Source: Candidatus Phoenicimicrobium oleiphilum
GTDB lineage: Bacteria > Atribacterota > Phoenicimicrobiia > Phoenicimicrobiales > Phoenicimicrobiaceae
Length of the DNA stretch: 23,308 nt
Assembly (NCBI GenBank): GCA_039638295.1
Contig: JBDIWJ010000028.1
Span: 1-23,308, forward strand
Direction: 5' to 3'
The notes below the pieces were generated by a model that searched no databases, was not told where the DNA came from, and saw only the letters and a list, made by a program, of their open reading frames with translations. Shown in pieces: positions 16,733 to 23,308 of this stretch. The position numbers and the translations under genes are program-made. Within the stretch, counting starts at the first letter, position 1. The number at the start of each line of letters is the position of its first letter.

Positions 16733-18690
16733 CAAAAGATGATAAGATTAAAGATAAAGAAATAGACGTTCAGGAACTTATGGAAAAATATGATACTGAG
16801 TCAAGAGTTAGAAGGCCTTTAGGAATTATGGCCATAATTGTTTCTATTATTGCTATATCTTTTTCGGCTTTCCAATTTTATACTGGAGGATTTGGTTTAC
16901 TTTTAGCCTTAAAACAAAGGGCAATTCATTTAGCTTTTGCTCTATGCTTGATTTTTCTTATTTATCCATCTTCTCAAAAAGAATACGCTAAAAGTAAAAA
17001 TAAAACACCTATATACGATATAATTTTAGCTATTTTAGGAGCAGGGACCTGCTTATATTTGGTAGTATTTTATAAGGAAATGGTAGTCCGCTCTGGTTTG
17101 CCAACTACTTTAGATTTAATAATGGGTGGTTTGGCTATCATATTAGTTTTAGAAGGAACGAGAAGAGTTATTGGTTCAGCTCTTCCTATAGTAGTAATGG
17201 TATTTTTATTATATTCTTATTTTGGTCAGATAATGCCTGGTTTCTTTGCTCATCGGGGATACTCATTAGAAAGAATGATAGAACATTTATATGCTGGCAC
17301 AGAAGGGATATTCGGCATTCCTTTAGGGGTTTCAGCTTCTTTTGTATTCCTTTTTATTCTTTTTGGAGCAGTGTTAAATAAGACAGGAATGGGTAAATTT
17401 TTTATTGATGTAGCTATGGCGGTTGCCGGTCATACTACCGGTGGACCGGCAAAGGTTGCAGTCATTGCCAGTGGATTTATGGGCTCTATAAATGGAAGTT
17501 CAGTGGCGAATACTGTAACTACTGGCAGTTTTACTATACCTTTAATGAAAAGTATAGGCTATAGAAAGGACTTTGCCGGGGCTGTAGAGGCTGCAGCTTC
17601 TACCGGTGGACAAATACTTCCACCGGTAATGGGAGCAGCTGCCTTTGTAATGGCTGAGTTTTTAGAGATACCTTATATCAAAATTGCTGCTGCTGCCGCC
17701 ATACCTGCCATAATCTATTATATAGCAGTGGGGACTATGGTTCATCTGGAGGCTTGTAAATATGGACTAAAGGGGTTACCCAAGGAACAACTTCCTAAAT
17801 TAGGTGTGGTTTTGAAAGAAAAAGGACATTTAGTTATTCCTATAATTGGCCTGGTATATTTACTGGTTAGAGGTTACACTCCTCTATTCTCGGCTTTTTG
17901 GGCTATTGTAATGAGCCTGGCTATAAGTATGGTAAGACCTGAGACTCGTTTAAATTTAAAGAAATTAGGTGAGGCTTTTGAGGATGGAGCTAAGAGTGCC
18001 TTAGGTGTTGTCACAGCTTGTGCCTGTGCAGGTATGGTAGTAGGATCCGTAACTCTTACTGGTTTAGGTCTAAAAGTTGCCAGCGGAATTGTAGCTTTGG
18101 GCCATGGAAATCTTATGTTAACTCTGTTCTTTACTATGATTGCTTCAATCTTATTAGGTATGGGACTCCCCACTACTGCCAAGTATATAATTTTATCTAT
18201 AATGGCTGCTCCTGCCTTAGTGGAGTTAGGAGTTCTTCCTCTGGCTGCCCATCTATTTATCTTATACTTTGGAGTAATTGCAGATCTTACTCCTCCAGTA
18301 GCAGTAGCAGCTTATGCTGGAGCAGGAATTGCTGGTGGTAACTCTATGAAGACTGGTTTTATTGCGGTAAGGTTAGCGGTAGCCGGATTTATGATTCCTT
18401 ATCTATTTGCCCTTGATCCGGGATTAATGTTTTTAACTGGTTCAGTTGGCCACACTTTAGTATTAATTGTAACTTCATTAGCTGGTGTATTAGCTTTAGG
18501 AGCAGCAGCTGGTGGATATCTACTTGATCATACTAAGATATATGAGAGAGTTATATTAATGATAAGTGCAATTGCCTTACTAAGACCTGAGATTTTAACT
18601 GATATAATAGGTATTGTTTTATTAGGAGCAATAATAATTTTACAGAAAACAAGAATTTCTAAAGCCAAAACTAAGGTAAAATTAGCTTAA
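16729..18690 (+). CDS. TRAP transporter fused 4TM/12TM permease
   Basis: GGPAKVAV, GSSVAN, EAAASTGGQILPPVMGAAAF, LGMGLPTTA and ADLTPPVA motifs. ATGA overlap with the upstream gene. Confidence 0.95.
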   Translation: MTKDDKIKDKEIDVQELMEKYDTESRVRRPLGIMAIIVSIIAISFSAFQFYTGGFGLLLALKQRAIHLAFALCLIFLIYPSSQKEYAKSKNKTPIYDIILAILGAGTCLYLVVFYKEMVVRSGLPTTLDLIMGGLAIILVLEGTRRVIGSALPIVVMVFLLYSYFGQIMPGFFAHRGYSLERMIEHLYAGTEGIFGIPLGVSASFVFLFILFGAVLNKTGMGKFFIDVAMAVAGHTTGGPAKVAVIASGFMGSINGSSVANTVTTGSFTIPLMKSIGYRKDFAGAVEAAASTGGQILPPVMGAAAFVMAEFLEIPYIKIAAAAAIPAIIYYIAVGTMVHLEACKYGLKGLPKEQLPKLGVVLKEKGHLVIPIIGLVYLLVRGYTPLFSAFWAIVMSLAISMVRPETRLNLKKLGEAFEDGAKSALGVVTACACAGMVVGSVTLTGLGLKVASGIVALGHGNLMLTLFFTMIASILLGMGLPTTAKYIILSIMAAPALVELGVLPLAAHLFILYFGVIADLTPPVAVAAYAGAGIAGGNSMKTGFIAVRLAVAGFMIPYLFALDPGLMFLTGSVGHTLVLIVTSLAGVLALGAAAGGYLLDHTKIYERVILMISAIALLRPEILTDIIGIVLLGAIIILQKTRISKAKTKVKLA

Positions 18691-18729
18691 AATAAATAGT
18701 TTTATAAAATTAAGTTGCGGTGATTTTAT

Positions 18730-20052
18730 TTGGATGACCCTGAAAATTTAGTTATTTTGATATCCGAAGTTGTTATTTTATTAGGTTTTTTAATACTATC
18801 AGCCTTTTTCTCAAGTTCGGAAACTGCTTTATTCTCTCTTAATAAACTGCAGTTGAAGAAGATGCAACAAAAAGAAGGAGAAAATCGTCAAGTAAAATCG
18901 ATTATTAAACTTCTTGATGATCCACAAAGAACACTAATTACCATTTTAACTGGAAATATGTTTGTTAACGTTGCAGCTTCTTCTTTAGCTACCTATCTGG
19001 CTATTCAACTTTTCGGTGATATAGGTACCAGCATAGCTACTGGGGTAATGATTTTTTTAATACTTGTTTTTGGTGAAATTGTACCAAAATCATTAGCTGT
19101 GGCTAATGATGAAAAGATTTCCAGAAAAGTTGCTAAGCCAATAGATATTATAGCATCTATTATTCTTCCCCTTATTAAGCTTTTTAAAATTATAATTAAT
19201 TTATTATTCTACTCTCTCGGTAAAAAAATAGCCAAGAGAAAAAAAGAAATTACCGAAGATGATTTGATAAGTTTAATAGATGCGGGAAAAGATGAAGGAG
19301 TTTTAGAGGAAGAAGAGAAAGAAATGATTAGAAATATATTTGAGTTCGGTGATACGACAGTAAAAGAAGTAATGGTTCCCCGTGTAGATATAGCCTGCAT
19401 TCCTTCAGATACTAAATTAGATTCGGTATTACGTTTAATTAAGAAGGTTGGGCATTCTAGAATTCCGGTGTATGAAGGGACAATTGATAATATTATTGGA
19501 ATATTGTATGCAAAAGATCTCCTGGCAGTTTATGAACGATGGTATAAAACAAAAGAAAAGTTTGATTTAAAAAAGATATTAAGGAAAGCATACTTTGTTC
19601 CCGAAAATAAAAAAATAGATGATTTATTAGATATTTTCCAGAGAGATAGAATTCAAATTGCTATAGTTATTGATGAATATGGAGGAACAGCGGGATTAAT
19701 TACTCTGGAAGATGTAGTAGAAGAAATTGTGGGTGAAATAATTGATGAATATGATAAAGAAACAAAGTTATACGAAATTATTGATAATAATACTATGATT
19801 GTTGACGGAATGATTGATATTGACAAGATTAACGAATTATTAAATATAGAAATACCAGAAAATGATTTTGAGACCTTAGGTGGCTTTATTTATGACTTAA
19901 TGGGCAGAGTGCCCCGGAAAGGTGAAAAAATAGAGTACCAACACTTGCAGATGACCATAGAACAAGTAGTGAAAAATAGAATTAAAAGGGTAAAAATAAT
20001 TAAAAAATATACAGAATCCCAGGAAAATAAAAAGTTTAGATTCCGGAGGTAA
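18730..20052 (+). CDS. CNNM/CorB-CorC (HlyC-like) Mg2+-transport-related protein: DUF21 + CBS pair + CorC_HlyC
   Basis: SAFFSSSETA, GEIVPK, VMVPR, HSRIPVY, DEYGGTAGLITLEDVVEEIVGEI and ETLGG motifs. TTG start. Confidence 0.93.
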   Translation: MDDPENLVILISEVVILLGFLILSAFFSSSETALFSLNKLQLKKMQQKEGENRQVKSIIKLLDDPQRTLITILTGNMFVNVAASSLATYLAIQLFGDIGTSIATGVMIFLILVFGEIVPKSLAVANDEKISRKVAKPIDIIASIILPLIKLFKIIINLLFYSLGKKIAKRKKEITEDDLISLIDAGKDEGVLEEEEKEMIRNIFEFGDTTVKEVMVPRVDIACIPSDTKLDSVLRLIKKVGHSRIPVYEGTIDNIIGILYAKDLLAVYERWYKTKEKFDLKKILRKAYFVPENKKIDDLLDIFQRDRIQIAIVIDEYGGTAGLITLEDVVEEIVGEIIDEYDKETKLYEIIDNNTMIVDGMIDIDKINELLNIEIPENDFETLGGFIYDLMGRVPRKGEKIEYQHLQMTIEQVVKNRIKRVKIIKKYTESQENKKFRFRR

Positions 20053-20059
20053 TGCGATT

Positions 20060-21085
20060 TTGACAGAATGGTGGATTAAAATTAGCACTATTATATTGTT
20101 TATGAGTTTGTTTTTTGCTGCATTCTTCTCTGGAGTAGAAACTGCTGTTATGTCTGCAAGTAAATTACGTCTTAAATATTTAGCAAAAAATAGAAATAAG
20201 AATGCTTCAATAATTTGCGAATTAACCCGAAAACCAGATAGATTTTTAAGAGTAGTTTTAATTGGTACTAATATTGCAGTAATAATAACTGCTACTATTT
20301 CATCTTCTCTGGCAATCTATTTTTGGGGAGATAAAGGGGTTTCCATCTCCGCTGTATTTACTACTTTGATAATTTTAATTTTTTGTGAGATAATTCCTAA
20401 AACTATCGCCCAAAGCAGCCCCGAAAAGATTTCACTAAATACTGCATATTATATAAAAATTACTTCTGTTTTACTTTCTCCTTTAGAAATCTTTTTTAGA
20501 TGGATATCAAATTTTATCATCAGAATTCTAACCGGAAAAAAATATGTACCTCTAAATGGTTTTTTTACTAAAAAAGATATAAAATTATTTTTTGAAGTTG
20601 GGGAAAGGGAAGGGGCGTTAGAAAAAAAAGAAAAAAGTATGATTGAAAAAATATTAAATTTAAACGAAACTTATGTTAAAAATGTAATGAAGCCAAGAGA
20701 AAATATTGTAACTATCAGTGAATCTGCCTCCATAAAAGATGCTATAAAATTAATGAACAGAGAAGGTCTTTCCAGAATCCCGGTTTATAGAGACAACTCG
20801 GATAATATTCTAGGATTTATTTATGCAAAGGATTTTCTGGTTATTAATTTAGAAGATAAGATAAACAAAATTTTAAAACAATCGAATTTAATTCACCCCT
20901 CTTATTTTGTTTCAGAAACTACTAGAGTAACTACTCTATTAAAAGAATTTCAAAAACGCAAAATACACATTGCAGTAGTTATAGATAAAAATAAAAATAT
21001 ATCTGGAGTAGTCACTATTGAGGACCTTTTAGAGGAGATATTCGGAGAGATAGAAGACGAATTTGATAAGCAAGAGATAATATAG
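20060..21085 (+). CDS. second CNNM-family protein (DUF21 + CBS pair, no C-terminal CorC domain)
   Basis: AAFFSGVETA, EIIPK, VMKPR, SRIPVY and TIEDLLEEIFGEIEDEFD, then stop. GGAGGT SD before the TTG. Confidence 0.9.
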   Translation: MTEWWIKISTIILFMSLFFAAFFSGVETAVMSASKLRLKYLAKNRNKNASIICELTRKPDRFLRVVLIGTNIAVIITATISSSLAIYFWGDKGVSISAVFTTLIILIFCEIIPKTIAQSSPEKISLNTAYYIKITSVLLSPLEIFFRWISNFIIRILTGKKYVPLNGFFTKKDIKLFFEVGEREGALEKKEKSMIEKILNLNETYVKNVMKPRENIVTISESASIKDAIKLMNREGLSRIPVYRDNSDNILGFIYAKDFLVINLEDKINKILKQSNLIHPSYFVSETTRVTTLLKEFQKRKIHIAVVIDKNKNISGVVTIEDLLEEIFGEIEDEFDKQEII

Positions 21086-21107
21086 AAGAATAAAAAAAGA
21101 AGGGAGT

Positions 21108-22055
21108 ATGATTTTGAGAAAGACATTAAATTTAAAACCAATTTTTAATAGAACAATATTTATAGTAGTAATAATATTTTTTTACTTACTACCAATAAAT
21201 ATCGGCAATGCTTATTCCAGTCAAAGTTTACCTATAGCAGTAATGATTGGAAATAGTCCGCAAGAGATTATCCATCAAACTGGTTTGGCTAATGCGGATG
21301 TAGTATATGAAATAAATGTTGAATATCCTTTTACCAGATTGATGGCTATATTCCTAAATAATGATTCAACTATTGTGGGGCCTATTAGAAGTAGTAGATA
21401 CTATTTTTCAAGATTAGCTGCTGAGTGGTGCCCTATTTTCGCTCATTGTGGAGGGCAGAGTATAAAAAATGAGAAAATTATTGATTTAGACCAGATACAT
21501 TATTCCTCCCCTTATTGGCGAGATAAAAATATTGGGGGATGGATTAATCTTTTCAGTAATACTGATAATTTAAGGGAAAAATGCAGGAAGTTAGGTTTTC
21601 AAACTAAGTTAGATTTAGAAAATTATTTAATTAATTCAAGAACTCTTAATTTATCAAGAGGGAATATCTCTAAAATATCCATAAAATATAACCATAAATA
21701 TTCTGTGTCTTATATATACGAACCAAACCGCAATACCTATTTGAGATATGTAAATGATATACCTCATCAGGATAGTAAATCCCTTGAGCATTTATCTACT
21801 TCGAATATAATTATCCAATATGTTCCTGTTGAAAAAATTAGTGGAGACAAAGAGGGGAGGTTAGAGGTTAATATTATTGGGGAAGGTATTGCGAAGATAT
21901 TTTTTGGCGGACATTATTTTATATCTAAATGGGTTAAAAAATCTAAAGAACAACCTACTATGTATTATGATAGTCAGGGTAATCCTTTAAAATTAAACAA
22001 GGGGAAAATATGGATTCAAATAGTACCCACGGAGACAAATGTATGGTTTAAATAG
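21108..22055 (+). CDS. DUF3048 (YerB-like) exported protein
   Basis: Signal-like N-terminus, and PIAVMIGN, GLANADVVYE, TRLMAIF, GPIRSSR and GKIWIQIVP motifs. Confidence 0.85.
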   Translation: MILRKTLNLKPIFNRTIFIVVIIFFYLLPINIGNAYSSQSLPIAVMIGNSPQEIIHQTGLANADVVYEINVEYPFTRLMAIFLNNDSTIVGPIRSSRYYFSRLAAEWCPIFAHCGGQSIKNEKIIDLDQIHYSSPYWRDKNIGGWINLFSNTDNLREKCRKLGFQTKLDLENYLINSRTLNLSRGNISKISIKYNHKYSVSYIYEPNRNTYLRYVNDIPHQDSKSLEHLSTSNIIIQYVPVEKISGDKEGRLEVNIIGEGIAKIFFGGHYFISKWVKKSKEQPTMYYDSQGNPLKLNKGKIWIQIVPTETNVWFK

Positions 22056-22080
22056 AATGAAAAAAAGAAGGCGAATAATT

Positions 22081-22479
22081 ATGAATGTAAATTATGAAAA
22101 ATTACTTAAAGAGGCAGAAGAGGTCAGAAAAAAAGCATATACTCCTTATTCCAAATTTAAAGTGGGGGCAGCATTACTTACTTCGGATGGAAAAATATTT
22201 ACCGGTTGCAATATTGAAAATGCCTCTTTTGGTTTAACTGTATGTGCAGAAAGAGTTGCAATCTTAAAAGCTATTTCAGAGGGTTCGTACAAATTTGAAG
22301 CAATCGCAATTATAGGTGATACAAACCGGCCTTGTTCTCCTTGTGGGGCTTGTAGGCAAGTAATATCTGAATTTGGTGAAGACATTAAAATTGTTATGTC
22401 TAACTTAAAGGGAGAGGTAAAGATTAAAAAAATAAGTGAACTACTACCCGAAGCCTTTAACAAAAATGATTTACTATAA
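22081..22479 (+). CDS. cdd: cytidine deaminase (homotetrameric type)
   Basis: AYTPYSKFKVGAA, GCNIEN, CAER, PCGACRQ and LLPEAF motifs. Start placed at ATG 22081 by family length. Confidence 0.96.
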   Translation: MNVNYEKLLKEAEEVRKKAYTPYSKFKVGAALLTSDGKIFTGCNIENASFGLTVCAERVAILKAISEGSYKFEAIAIIGDTNRPCSPCGACRQVISEFGEDIKIVMSNLKGEVKIKKISELLPEAFNKNDLL

Positions 22480-22520
22480 TAATGTAAACAAAGGTGCCAG
22501 GCACTTTTGTTTACATTATT
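22478..22520. repeat. palindrome family B copy 2
   Basis: AATAATGTAAACAAAGGTGCC-A-GGCACTTTTGTTTACATTATT, with 21-bp arms and one G-T wobble. Confidence 0.9.
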
Positions 22521-22539
22521 TGGGAAACGGGTCTATAAT
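22510..22539 (+). promoter_or_regulatory. putative recO promoter, probably leaderless
   Basis: TTTACA (22510..22515), 18 nt, TATAAT (22534..22539), 6 nt, then ATG 22546. No SD is visible. Confidence 0.5.
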
Positions 22540-22545
22540 AGTATT

Positions 22546-23292
22546 ATGTTATATAAAACCGAAGGAATAGTTTTAAAAAGTATAGAATACGGGGATGCAG
22601 ACAAAATCGCTACCATATATACTAAAAATTATGGTAAAGTGCAAGCAATTGCTAAGGGCATACGGAAGACTAAAAGTAAATTTGGTAGCAGTTTAGAAAT
22701 TTTAACTTATGCCGTATTTTTATTTTATAAAGGGAAAAATATAGATACAATTAGCCAGAGTGAAATATTAGAATCTTTTTTCTCAACGAGTAAGGAAGTA
22801 ATAAAATTTGCCTTTGCTACCAATTGTGCAGAAATAGTTAACAAGCTCACTGAGGAGGGAGAAACCAATTTCAGTCTTTTTAATTTATTAAAGGAAGCTT
22901 TACATTATTTGAAGGAAACCAATGACCCAAAACTGCTGACCCTGTCATTTAAATGGAAAGTTATCTCGGTTCTGGGTTATAAACCATCTTTTAAACTTTG
23001 TTGTAGATGTAATAAGAGAGTAGGTGCCCAAAAAATGGGCGAATATTTTAGTGTAAAAGATGGTGGAATTATATGTAATGAATGTGTATCTAAAGATAAT
23101 AAAGATTATAGGCCCGTATCTAATTATTTTGCAAAATTAGTAAATAAAATATTAATTACACCTTTATCTATTATATCAAATTACACTATTCCTGAAAAAA
23201 GGATGAAGGAATTAGAAGAGGTGACAGAATCATACTTGACTTATCATTCAGAGAAAAGTTTTAAAACAGATAAGTTTTTGAAGTCTCTTTAG
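22546..23292 (+). CDS. recO: DNA repair protein RecO
   Basis: MLYKTEGIVLKSIEYGDADKI...GKVQAIAKGIRK OB-fold start and a CCRC...CNEC zinc finger. True start ATG 22546, because the ORF-track TTG at 22507 lies inside the palindrome. Confidence 0.95.
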   Translation: MLYKTEGIVLKSIEYGDADKIATIYTKNYGKVQAIAKGIRKTKSKFGSSLEILTYAVFLFYKGKNIDTISQSEILESFFSTSKEVIKFAFATNCAEIVNKLTEEGETNFSLFNLLKEALHYLKETNDPKLLTLSFKWKVISVLGYKPSFKLCCRCNKRVGAQKMGEYFSVKDGGIICNECVSKDNKDYRPVSNYFAKLVNKILITPLSIISNYTIPEKRMKELEEVTESYLTYHSEKSFKTDKFLKSL

Positions 23293-23308
23293 TTTATTAG
23301 TCGTTAGT

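Noticed and set aside
18730..21085. Hemolysin-family label as a toxin
   Set aside because: The architecture is CNNM/CorC, associated with Mg2+ homeostasis, and nothing in the sequence indicates a cytolysin.
504..22463. Short antisense or alternate-frame ORFs (504, 1707, 6400, 7666, 8617, 9073, 9415, 12394, 17874, 18018, 19209, 19897, 20950, 22146)
   Set aside because: All are shadows of well-supported genes, with no motifs or translation signals.
3574..22520. Palindromic repeats as a CRISPR array
   Set aside because: Copies are kilobases apart, there are no regular spacers, and no cas genes are present.

Overview
AT-rich bacterial chromosomal window made mostly of housekeeping genes. The Firmicutes-like gene order, the absence of the sporulation genes yqfC/yqfD and the protein style suggest an anaerobe such as Atribacterota/JS1; this is inference only. 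Left part: FAD-dependent oxidoreductase, surE, a small membrane ORF and pcm, a convergent tRNA-Gly(CCC), a VanW/G5 protein, a secreted M14/AstE-like metallo-hydrolase and a minus-strand SurA/PpiC foldase. Right part: a remodelled rpsU-yqeY-nfeD-floA-yqfB-phoH-pgpH-ybeY...cdd-recO cluster. dgkA and era are absent, and a TAXI-TRAP transporter (SBP, DUF1850, fused permease), two tandem CNNM/CorC proteins and a DUF3048 protein sit between ybeY and cdd. No transposase, integrase, CRISPR array or defence gene is visible. The most unusual signal is intergenic: at least three families of short palindromic REP-like elements plus heptamer repeats recur as mosaics. One palindrome appears to supply the -35 box of a probably leaderless recO promoter, and another appears to double as a terminator. 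Other oddities are a PhoH Walker-B E-to-D change, a 98-nt pgpH/ybeY overlap and an orphan Shine-Dalgarno in the TRAP leader.
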